Source: Microcystis aeruginosa NIES-843 (lineage in GTDB: Bacteria; Cyanobacteriota; Cyanobacteriia; Cyanobacteriales; Microcystaceae). Taken from it: a stretch of 32,000 bases of DNA. Below the pieces are notes generated by a model, which ran no database searches, was not told the origin of the DNA, and saw only the letters and a list, made by a program, of their open reading frames with translations. How positions within the stretch are numbered: position 1 is the stretch's first letter; each line of letters opens with the position of its first letter. Shown piece by piece: positions 17,080 through 24,713 of this stretch. A program made the translations under genes and the position numbers. The DNA lies in the NCBI RefSeq assembly GCF_000010625.1, contig NC_010296.1, positions 2,250,001-2,282,000 of the forward strand, read 5' to 3'.

Positions 17080-18096
17080 TTAGCCTTTCCACTTGCTGGC
17101 AACGACTTCAGCGAGATCAACCACGCGTTGAGAGTAACCCCATTCATTATCGTACCAAGCGATAACTTTCACCATATCGCCACCCATCACCATCGTTAGA
17201 CTAGCATCGATGATCGAGGAGGCATCAACACCGCGATAATCAGAGGAAACGAGGGGTAAATCATTATATTCGAGAATTCCTTTCAAAGAATTTTCCGCAG
17301 CTTCTTTGAGGACTTCGTTTACCTGTTCCGCGATCGTGCTTTTTTCCACTTGTGCGACTAAATCCACCACAGAAACGTTAGGAGTGGGTACACGCAGGGC
17401 GATCCCGTTAAGTTTCCCTTTCATTTCGGGGATAACTAAGGCTACAGCTTTAGCGGCACCGGTGGAGGTGGGAACGATGTTAACGGCAGCGGCGCGAGCG
17501 CGACGGAGATCCCGGTGACTAGCATCAAGAATGCGTTGATCACCAGTGTAACTGTGGGTGGTGGTCATCGTCCCTTTGATGATGCCGAAGTTTTCGTGAA
17601 TCACTTTGACGACAGGAGCAAGACAGTTGGTGGTACAACTGGCATTGCTGATGACATTGTATTTATCGTGTTCGTATTCGTGAGCGTTGACACCGACGAC
17701 ATAGGTTCCCACACCCGAACCTTTACCCGGTGCGGTAATGAGGACTTTTTTAGCTCCTGCGACAATATGCTTAGAAGCGCCCTCTTCATCGACGAAAACA
17801 CCAGTAGCTTCGATCACTAGATCTACACCCCATTCTGCCCAGGGCAGATTGAGGGGATTGCGATCGGAATAACATTTAATGGTTTTACCGTTAACAATTA
17901 AAGAATTATCATCGGCATCGATATTAGCGTTAAGTTTGCCTAACATCGAATCATATTTGAGCAGGTGAGCGTTACTCCGGGGATCGGATGTATCATTGAT
18001 CCCCACTACCTCCAAGCCACTATTAGTCCGTCCTAACCAACATCTTAGGAAATTACGTCCAATCCGTCCGAAACCATTGATCGCTACTCTAATCAC
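17080..18096 (-). CDS. gap2: glyceraldehyde-3-phosphate dehydrogenase (Gap2 type)
   Basis: [13 protein letters not shown], the catalytic [12 protein letters not shown] and WYDNEWGYS are present. I place the start at the GTG at 18096 (giving [10 protein letters not shown], 338 aa, the usual N-terminus) rather than the upstream ATG at 18153 listed in the ORF track. Confidence 0.9.
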   Translation of the reverse strand: MIRVAINGFGRIGRNFLRCWLGRTNSGLEVVGINDTSDPRSNAHLLKYDSMLGKLNANIDADDNSLIVNGKTIKCYSDRNPLNLPWAEWGVDLVIEATGVFVDEEGASKHIVAGAKKVLITAPGKGSGVGTYVVGVNAHEYEHDKYNVISNASCTTNCLAPVVKVIHENFGIIKGTMTTTHSYTGDQRILDASHRDLRRARAAAVNIVPTSTGAAKAVALVIPEMKGKLNGIALRVPTPNVSVVDLVAQVEKSTIAEQVNEVLKEAAENSLKGILEYNDLPLVSSDYRGVDASSIIDASLTMVMGGDMVKVIAWYDNEWGYSQRVVDLAEVVASKWKG

Positions 18097-18216
18097 TGCT
18101 GCTTGCCCTCTACGTTTTAGTGCAATACATAAAAAAATAATTAATGTTCCCAATCATACCTTAAAGGTTGAACTTTACGATCCCGATCGAAAATAATTTA
18201 TTACATCACCATTCAG

Positions 18217-18270
18217 GAGACTCCGAGACTCCGAGACTCCGAGACTCCGAGACTCCGAGACTCCGAGACT
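18217..18270. repeat. octamer tandem array GAGACTCC x ~6.75
   Basis: Read directly. It lies in the divergent gap2/murC intergenic region and is related to the reverse-complement units GGAGTCTC at 1292-1350. Confidence 0.9.
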
Positions 18271-18285
18271 ATTTTTATTGATTCT

Positions 18286-18352
18286 CCCCACACCCCAAAC
18301 CCCACACCCACACCCACACCCCACACCCCACACCCACACCCCAAAAAAAAGG
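18286..18352. repeat. C/A-rich degenerate array (CCCACA/CCCCACA units) ending in A8
   Basis: Read directly. The complementary GGGGTGTGGGG motif occurs inside the MITEs at about 4985 and 7775. Confidence 0.85.
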
Positions 18353-18497
18353 AATTGGGAGAAAAAATTTTAATTCTGCGTCAAGGATTTTGCAAGGCAA
18401 CTGGGCAACATTTGGGAATTCTGCTCAAATGCCCCTATCATGAAGTTGACTTTACTACCGATCGAGTTTAAAACTTATATAATCGTGGCTCTGAGGA

Positions 18498-19934
18498 GTG
18501 AAAACAGTGAAAAAAGTTAATTTTAACGGCCAACCTTTCCATTTTATCGGTATTGGCGGTATTGGGATGTCAGCCCTCGCTTATATCTTAGCCGAGCGCA
18601 ATTTACCTGTGTCTGGCTCGGATTTACGTCCTACTCATATCACCCAACGGCTACAGGGAGCGGGAGCGCACATTTTCCACCGTCAAGAGGCAAATAATTT
18701 AGCTTTATTTCATTCTCCGGGCCCTCAAAACAGTAGCCAAACAGTTCCGCAAGTAATCTGCTCCACGGCGATTAATGACCATAACAAGGAATATCAAGCG
18801 GCCAGAGACTTAGGATACCCAATTTTTCACCGTAGCGACGTTTTAGCTGCTTTAATCGCTGATTACGACAGTATCGCCGTCGCCGGCACCCACGGAAAAA
18901 CCACCACTAGCAGCCTAATCGGTTACGTTTTGTTAGAAGCGGGATTAGACCCCACGATCATTGTCGGTGGTGAGGTGGATGCTTGGGAAGGTAACGCTCG
19001 TCTTGGTCAAGGTCGTTTTTTAGTGGCAGAGGCCGATGAGTCCGATGGTTCCCTAACCAAGCACGCCCCGAAAATCGGCGTAATCACTAATATTGAGCTA
19101 GATCACCCCGATCATTACCAGAATTTAAGCGAAGTTATCGATACTTTCCATGAATTCGCCCATCAGTGCCAGATTTTAGTCGCTTGTTTAGATTGTGACA
19201 CGATCGCCGAGCATTTCCGTCCCACGATTAGTTATAGTCTCGATCCCGAAAAAGGTGCCGATTACACCGTCAGCGAGATTATCTATGAACAGGGAATGAT
19301 GAAAGCTTCCGTCTGGGAAAAAGGCAGTTATTTGGGACAAATGGAAGTGAAAATCCCCGGGCAACATAATATTAGTAATGCTTTGGCAGTGGTGGCCATC
19401 GGACGTTATCTCGGTTTAGAATTTGCCGTTATTGCCGATGCGATCGCTACTTTTGCCGGGGCAAAACGCCGTTTTGAACACAAGGGAGAGGCAAACGGCA
19501 TTACTTTTATCGATGATTATGCCCACCATCCTAGCGAATTGTTAGCCACTTTAGCGGCGGCAAAATTGAAGGTAGAAGGCAAACAGTACCAACGTTCGAT
19601 CGCTATTTTCCAACCCCATCGCTACAGTCGCACCACTGCCTTTTTGGAGGAATTCGGCTCCGCTTTCAGTTCCGCCGATGTGGTAGTCTTAACGGATATT
19701 TATAGTGCCGGGGAAGTGAATATCAATCACGTCACCGGGCAGCAAGTGGCCGAACAGGTGAGAAAACACCATAAAAATGCCTACTATCACCCCGAATTGA
19801 GTTCTTTAGGTCAATTCCTGCTAGAAATTCTCCAACCAGGGGATCTAGCTCTGTTCCTCGGCGCTGGCAATCTCAATCAAGTTATCCCCGAAATGCTCTC
19901 TCTTTACCGCGAACAATTAGCAGTTAGAGTATAG
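18498..19934 (+). CDS. murC: UDP-N-acetylmuramate--L-alanine ligase
   Basis: FHFIGIGGIGMSALA, the P-loop-like GTHGKTTTSSL and DDYAHHPSE are present. 478 aa, with a GTG start. Confidence 0.92.
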   Translation: MKTVKKVNFNGQPFHFIGIGGIGMSALAYILAERNLPVSGSDLRPTHITQRLQGAGAHIFHRQEANNLALFHSPGPQNSSQTVPQVICSTAINDHNKEYQAARDLGYPIFHRSDVLAALIADYDSIAVAGTHGKTTTSSLIGYVLLEAGLDPTIIVGGEVDAWEGNARLGQGRFLVAEADESDGSLTKHAPKIGVITNIELDHPDHYQNLSEVIDTFHEFAHQCQILVACLDCDTIAEHFRPTISYSLDPEKGADYTVSEIIYEQGMMKASVWEKGSYLGQMEVKIPGQHNISNALAVVAIGRYLGLEFAVIADAIATFAGAKRRFEHKGEANGITFIDDYAHHPSELLATLAAAKLKVEGKQYQRSIAIFQPHRYSRTTAFLEEFGSAFSSADVVVLTDIYSAGEVNINHVTGQQVAEQVRKHHKNAYYHPELSSLGQFLLEILQPGDLALFLGAGNLNQVIPEMLSLYREQLAVRV

Positions 19935-19938
19935 GAGT

Positions 19939-19969
19939 CAGTTATCAGTTATCAGTTATCAGTTATCAG
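19939..19969. repeat. heptamer tandem array CAGTTAT x4
   Basis: Read directly, immediately after the murC stop. It uses the same unit as 16958-17009. Confidence 0.9.
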
Positions 19970-20000
19970 ATTTGAGTTTTTAAGTGAGCAGTATTAAATA

Positions 20001-20212
20001 GGGTTTGCTGAATAAATGTGAAATGTAGGCAAGGTAGGGGTTTTGTGGCTTTTCTTGCGAAACAGGTGTAAGATTTTGAGAGAATCGTCGTTCAAAACCT
20101 TGCGTCTTCATCGGCCCGCGTCCTGTAGGGGCGAAGCATTCGGGCAATAACCTATCGGTGAAACCGCAGATTTTCTATCCGAATGCTTCGCCCGTACTTT
20201 TTCAGCAGACCC
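20001..20212. mobile_element. MITE of the same TIR family as 4948-5157, in opposite orientation and with a different core
   Basis: The ends are GGGTTTGCTGAATAAA ... CTTTTTCAGCAGACCC, flanked on both sides by TAAATA. The core contains a perfect 15-bp palindrome, gggcgaagcattcgg (20128-20142) paired with ccgaatgcttcgccc (20178-20192). Confidence 0.8.
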
Positions 20213-20357
20213 TAAATAAGTAACATGATCGTTGGGTTTCATGCTTCAACCGTTCGGCAAAAGCTCACGGCCGAAGCCCAACCTACGTTCTGCTCCTCAT
20301 ATCCCCAATTCATAATTTATAATTCATAATTTATAATTCCCAACCCCCTAAAACCCT

Positions 20358-21236
20358 ATGATTAAATCCTCTGTTTCTCTAGCTGAGTTCACTTCCTACC
20401 GGGTGGGGGGAAGAGCGCAATGGTATGCCGAACCAGTTAATCTAGAGGAATTAAGAGAATTGTTCGCTTGGGTGCGATCGCAAGGGTTGCCCTTGACTGT
20501 TTTGGGGGCTGGTTCAAATTTACTAATCAGCGATCGAGGTTTACCCGGACTTGTCCTCAATACTCGCCATCTGCGATCGAGTTGTTTTGATGCCGAAACT
20601 GCTACGATTACAGCAGCGGCGGGGGAACCCCTGCCAAAAATAGCTTGGAGAGCGGCAAAACGGGGCTGGAGGGGCTTAGAATGGGCGGTGGGTATCCCCG
20701 GTACGGTGGGGGGGGCTGTGGTGATGAATGCGGGCGCACATACCTCCTGTGTGGCGGATCGATTAGTGCGGGCGCTGGTATTAAATCCCGATGGTCAGTT
20801 AGAAACTTTAAGCAAAGAAGATTTAAATTATAGTTATCGCAGTTCTTCTCTGCAAGGGGATCAACGTTTAGTTGTCGAAGCCACATTTCAGTTAGAAGCT
20901 ACCGATAATCACGAGGAAATAATGGCAATTACTACCCATAATTTACGCCATCGCAAAAATACCCAACCCTATGATCGTCCTAGTTGTGGTAGTGTTTTCC
21001 GCAATCCTAAACCGCAATTTGCCGGGGCTTTAATTGAGGGAATGGGATTAAAAGGTTATCAAATTGGTGGGGCGCAAGTATCAGAATTACACGCTAATTT
21101 TATCCTGAATATTGGTTCAGCAAAAGCCTCGGATATTCTGCGTTTAATTCGTCATGTGCAGGAACAAGTGTTCGATCGCTGGTCCCTCTGGTTAGAACCA
21201 GAGGTGAAAGTTTTAGGGGAATTTGACGGTATTTAA
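20358..21236 (+). CDS. murB: UDP-N-acetylenolpyruvoylglucosamine reductase
   Basis: The FAD-binding region reads TSYRVGG...LGAGSNLLISD. GIPGTVGGAVVMNAGA, SYRSS and CGSVFRNP are present. 292 aa. Confidence 0.92.
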   Translation: MIKSSVSLAEFTSYRVGGRAQWYAEPVNLEELRELFAWVRSQGLPLTVLGAGSNLLISDRGLPGLVLNTRHLRSSCFDAETATITAAAGEPLPKIAWRAAKRGWRGLEWAVGIPGTVGGAVVMNAGAHTSCVADRLVRALVLNPDGQLETLSKEDLNYSYRSSSLQGDQRLVVEATFQLEATDNHEEIMAITTHNLRHRKNTQPYDRPSCGSVFRNPKPQFAGALIEGMGLKGYQIGGAQVSELHANFILNIGSAKASDILRLIRHVQEQVFDRWSLWLEPEVKVLGEFDGI

Positions 21237-21337
21237 TTATTTTTCTCGATAACGGTTGAACTCAGCCGCGATAGGCTGGAGTGCGACGGCAAATATTTTT
21301 ATAATCCTCTAGCATGGTGCGTTCCCCAAAAATCTAT

Positions 21338-21385
21338 TGGTGGAGCAGTAGAACTTGCATTAGGGAACGCACCCTACAGCGATGG
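21338..21385. repeat. partial copy of the island repeat (GGAGCxGTAG...CATTAGGGAACGCACCCTACAGCGATGG) forming a hairpin with 21317-21327
   Basis: It aligns with the right half of the 84-bp repeats at 22950-23033 and 24173-24256. ggtgcgttccc (21317-21327) is the exact complement of gggaacgcacc (21363-21373). Confidence 0.75.
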
Positions 21386-21422
21386 GGATCGTACTGACAG
21401 TGGGAGCAGTGTAACGGTCTAG

Positions 21423-21968
21423 TTATGCCGTCTTCGCTTGTGAGGTTAACTTAAGCAGTTCATTAAGCTTATTTTTTAAGTTTTGGGATGCCATAAGCGG
21501 ATTGTAAACTTCTCCTGCGTAGGGTTGCCAAACATAACTAGAACTAAAGGGGCGCAATACTGGCAATATTCCTAGCTCTTGTTCGAGTGGTTTTGCTAAA
21601 ACCAGTCCTGGGATAGATAAGTTAGATGATTCTTCGAGAAGCTCGCTGTAAGTTCTAAATTCATCGACTTCAACACCAACCAGTGCATAACGGAATGGGG
21701 GAGCAAATCGTAGGGACTGATATAGTAAGATACCTAACTCTGTCATTGAATATGCACTTTCAGGGCTGTCTATTCCCACTTCGCTAAGATTACTTGGTGA
21801 AACACGACACCACCAATTTTCTTCTATGTCTTGGAATATATCTGTGTGACACTGGCAATGGCGACCAGTTGACAGCAACCATGATACTCCCTCAAAATGC
21901 TGAGCAAATTTATGGGCGTTGCTCTCATCCGAACCACATTCTGCCGATAGACTAAATATCCATGCCAT
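21423..21968 (-). CDS. hypothetical acidic protein, candidate immunity/antitoxin partner of the upstream gene
   Basis: ATG at 21968 is preceded by GGGAGG 8 nt upstream, inside the 3' end of the upstream gene. An alternative GTG at 21998 overlaps that gene's TAG stop. 181 aa, with no family I recognise. Confidence 0.6.
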   Translation of the reverse strand: MAWIFSLSAECGSDESNAHKFAQHFEGVSWLLSTGRHCQCHTDIFQDIEENWWCRVSPSNLSEVGIDSPESAYSMTELGILLYQSLRFAPPFRYALVGVEVDEFRTYSELLEESSNLSIPGLVLAKPLEQELGILPVLRPFSSSYVWQPYAGEVYNPLMASQNLKNKLNELLKLTSQAKTA

Positions 21969-21997
21969 TTTGATAGCCTCCCATTGTGTGTATGCCA

Positions 21998-22444
21998 CTA
22001 ATCAACCTTTTCCCAATATTTTTGGGTGTTTGCCAATGCTGCCTCGTACTTTTCTAGAGCCATTGTAACTCTTGGCATGATGCTAACGTGAGTCGGGCTA
22101 TCTTGGACAGCCTGTAAATCCCCTGTGATATGGCTATCGTCAATTTGCCATAAAGGGTCTTTGCCAGTTCCACCAAAACTGGCAGGTTTGCGAAATGCTG
22201 GTAAACCTTCAATGGATAGGGCAACAGACATTCCCTTTGTGTCCCTAATGGCAACCGTTACAAGATCGCCATGCAACTTACGCTGTGGCTCTGGTAACAA
22301 ATAGCTTTGTTCATCTAGGCAACCTACTGGCATTTGCTGAATGTTTATATCGATATTAGGTCTAACCCCTAATAATCTGGCACTACGACCAATTTTGGGT
22401 CTGTCGTTTTGCTCTGCCATGCCACGATAGTAGAGTTTCGCCAT
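21998..22444 (-). CDS. hypothetical protein, candidate Tse2-like (ADP-ribosyltransferase-fold) toxin
   Basis: 148 aa. LYYRGM lies near the N-terminus and KGMSVA is central. The C-terminal GDLQAVQDSPTHVSIMPRVTMALEKYEAALANTQKYWEKV resembles the Tse2 toxin family as I remember it. This was not searched. Confidence 0.5.
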   Translation of the reverse strand: MAKLYYRGMAEQNDRPKIGRSARLLGVRPNIDINIQQMPVGCLDEQSYLLPEPQRKLHGDLVTVAIRDTKGMSVALSIEGLPAFRKPASFGGTGKDPLWQIDDSHITGDLQAVQDSPTHVSIMPRVTMALEKYEAALANTQKYWEKVD

Positions 22445-22473
22445 CACCCACTACTTGTATTTTACCTTTAGCT

Positions 22474-22806
22474 TCATTGTACCTGAAGCACCAACATAAA
22501 CTCAATTGGGACACCATCAACGTCTGAAGATAGACCAACACCAGCTTTCTGAGACATTGTAATCTCTATTTCATCAACACCATTTTCTTTTCCTGCTCGA
22601 ATAATGTCGATCGCTACTTTTCTTTGTTCTGCAATCTCTTTTTCGTTAGCACCTGATGTAAGAAGGGAAATACCGTCCAAAACAAGTGCTACTGGAAGCG
22701 CCAAAGGCACCATTGCAAGCCAACTATTCTGCGACAAGAAGGTAAGCGCTTTAAGCCGTTTTTCTGGCGTTGTGATGTCAAACTCGTTGGATTCACTCAT
22801 ACTCAT
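22474..22806 (-). CDS. hypothetical small protein with one predicted transmembrane helix
   Basis: 110 aa and first gene of the trio. It has a hydrophobic stretch WLAMVPLALPVALVLDGISLL followed by a soluble tail. No family recognised. Confidence 0.45.
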   Translation of the reverse strand: MSMSESNEFDITTPEKRLKALTFLSQNSWLAMVPLALPVALVLDGISLLTSGANEKEIAEQRKVAIDIIRAGKENGVDEIEITMSQKAGVGLSSDVDGVPIEFMLVLQVQ

Positions 22807-22949
22807 TGGCTGGGTTCTATATAGCTAAGCTAAACGGCTTTTACTTCGGATCACTGATATAGACTCCAAAAGGGTTATAGCTATTGGATCATGCAGGTTA
22901 AATGCCGTTTAGCTTATCGATTAACGAAGTGTTGGAATACAAACACAGA

Positions 22950-23033
22950 ATATCACGCCCAAAAGCGTGTTAGCCAGATTAGCCTACTGCTAGTGGAGCG
23001 GTAGGAGCCACATTAGGGAACGCACCCTACAGC
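22950..23033. repeat. 84-bp island repeat, copy 2
   Basis: atatcacgcccaaaagcgtgttagccagattagcctactgctagtggagcggtaggagccacattagggaacgcaccctacagc matches 24173-24256 at 81 of 84 positions. Confidence 0.9.
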
Positions 23034-23197
23034 TAACGTTGCCCATCACCCGCCGCAGATAACCTTGAACTCTAACCGATAACCTTTCGTCGGTCGGTGT
23101 GCATTGGGGTTGTTAGACCGCGCTGCTACGGCAATGCATTCTTATTAAGAGTTAGAATTGCTGTAAAAACTAACCCTTCTAATTCTAGAATCGTCTA

Positions 23198-24013
23198 ATG
23201 GATATTCATTACATTAATCAAGGAAAGCGTGGAAAAAAAGGTCTTTGCAATATTTGTAAACAATCAGCTTCTCTAAGCTGGGATCACGTCCCACCAAAGG
23301 GAGGTATTGATTTGAAGCCTGTTGAGCAGATCACGATTTTACAACGTTTGGCTGGCAACCCTGAAGAACAGAAACCTCGTATTTCACAGAATGGTGTGAA
23401 GTATCGAACCCTTTGCAAACACTGTAATGAACGCTTGGGGCATCGCTACGACCCAGTTCTTAATAGCTTTGCTCTTGGAGTAGGCAGGATTCTTAAATCA
23501 ATTGTGGAAGTTCCACCAATGATTCATTACAAGACGCAACCAGCAATATTGATTAGAGCTATTCTTGGTCATTTAGTTGCAGCGAAGGGAGTTATAGACC
23601 ATAATGTTGTTGATCAGAAAATACGCGAATTTCTGTTTGATGATCAAGCTCAGATCCCTGAAGAAATTAAAATTTTTTACTGGATTTATCCATAGGAAGA
23701 AATTGTGGTTGTTCGTGATGTCATTATGCCTGCGGTCAGAGGAAACTTCAGTGAATTTAGTGAACTTGGAACCTTTAGCGGCATCCTTAAATATTTTCCA
23801 GTAGCTTACGTGGTTTGCAATTTAGAACAATATGAAGGGCTCGACGAATTAACAACCTATCGTGATCTCAAGCTAGAAGAGACTGTTGAGATTCCAATTC
23901 GCTTAACTGACACAAAACATTCTGCATGGCCAGAGATGACTGATGAGGGAAACTTTATGATAGGCGGATTGAATCTAAACAGTTCTGTTCACGCTCGTCC
24001 AAAAAAAGCATGA
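23198..24013 (+). pseudogene. HNH-like nuclease-motif protein interrupted by a single in-frame TAG (23693-23695)
   Basis: ORFs 23198-23695 and 23705-24013 are in the same frame, giving 271 codons if read through (...IFYWIYP*EEIVVVRDV...). The N-terminal CNICK...SWDHVPPKGG...CKHCNERLG follows a CxxC...DH...CxxCN HNH-type arrangement. Confidence 0.6.
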
Positions 24014-24172
24014 CTTCCCCACAAACAACTTTTGCATACTGTCTCAACCGAGAATTGGCGGTCTAACTACATAATATACGGAAAATTTCCGTATAACACT
24101 CCTGAAAGTAATGATATGGGTCAACTTTCGGCATATCACCCCATTTAGGCGCGATCTCCAGAACTTTTCCGT

Positions 24173-24256
24173 ATATCACGCCCAAAAGCGTGTTAGCCAG
24201 ATTAGCCTACGGCTAGTGGAGCGGTAGGAGCCACATTAGGGAACGCACCCCACGGC
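24173..24256. repeat. 84-bp island repeat, copy 3
   Basis: Direct repeat of 22950-23033 with 3 mismatches. Like copy 1, it extends as gcgatgg. Confidence 0.9.
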
Positions 24257-24341
24257 GATGGCTACCACACCAATTTATATACTAGACGGATTTTTTCCAT
24301 ACAACACCCCAAATACAGATTTTCTGGCTCTTCGTTACTTG

Positions 24342-24614
24342 TTATGGTTCGATAGGGTGGCATAAATAAACTAAATCCTTATCTGGCAAGAGATTTAATT
24401 GATTAGTTCGCTCTAGATCAAAAACAATTGACAAAAATCGCCAAACGTTTTTCTCTATAAGGGTTCCGTCCCTTATAACCCCCGTAGATTGCATAACACA
24501 AACCGAAGAACCCATTTTCGTCGCCGTGCCTAGAATTTTATTGTCTAGTACAGCATCGCTACCATAGCACGATCGATTTAACTTGACTGGGAATGGATAA
24601 AGGCAAATAATCAA
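24342..24614 (-). CDS. hypothetical 90-aa ORF (weak)
   Basis: It has a TTG start, no recognisable motif and no obvious ribosome-binding site. It lies in the island between repeat copy 3 and the ABC operon and may be a gene fragment. Confidence 0.25.
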   Translation of the reverse strand: MIICLYPFPVKLNRSCYGSDAVLDNKILGTATKMGSSVCVMQSTGVIRDGTLIEKNVWRFLSIVFDLERTNQLNLLPDKDLVYLCHPIEP

Positions 24615-24713
24615 TTAATCGATCGAGATCAAGACTCAATGTCTGATAACTTGTTATTGGTGGGGTAGGGAATCACCTAAGTCACCCTGTTGAATTATTG
24701 ATTGTCATTAAAA

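Noticed and set aside
17306-18196. ORFs 17306-17518, 17515-17820, 17601-17801 and 17996-18196 overlapping gap2.
   Set aside because: They are antisense or out-of-frame shadows of a highly conserved gene.
18217-18352. Tandem arrays considered as a possible CRISPR array (also 1292-1350, 16958-17009 and 19939-19969).
   Set aside because: The units are 7-15 nt and directly abutting, with no unique spacers. There are no cas genes and no 25-40 nt repeat periodicity anywhere in the window.
23112-24198. Integron cassette/attC interpretation. GTTAGAC (23112) fits the GTTRRRY core and GTCTAAC (24061) fits RYYYAAC, complementary as expected for a cassette's 5' end and its own attC R''. An imperfect partner arm (TTTTCCGTATAT...GTTAGCC) ends at 24198.
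   Set aside because: The candidate attC is very asymmetric, with spacers of 6 nt versus 15 nt between the R and L boxes. The R'/R'' pairing is imperfect. The next module lacks a matching RYYYAAC, and there is no intI or attI. The core matches are only 7 nt. Running the IntegronFinder attC covariance model would settle it, and I expect it to fail.
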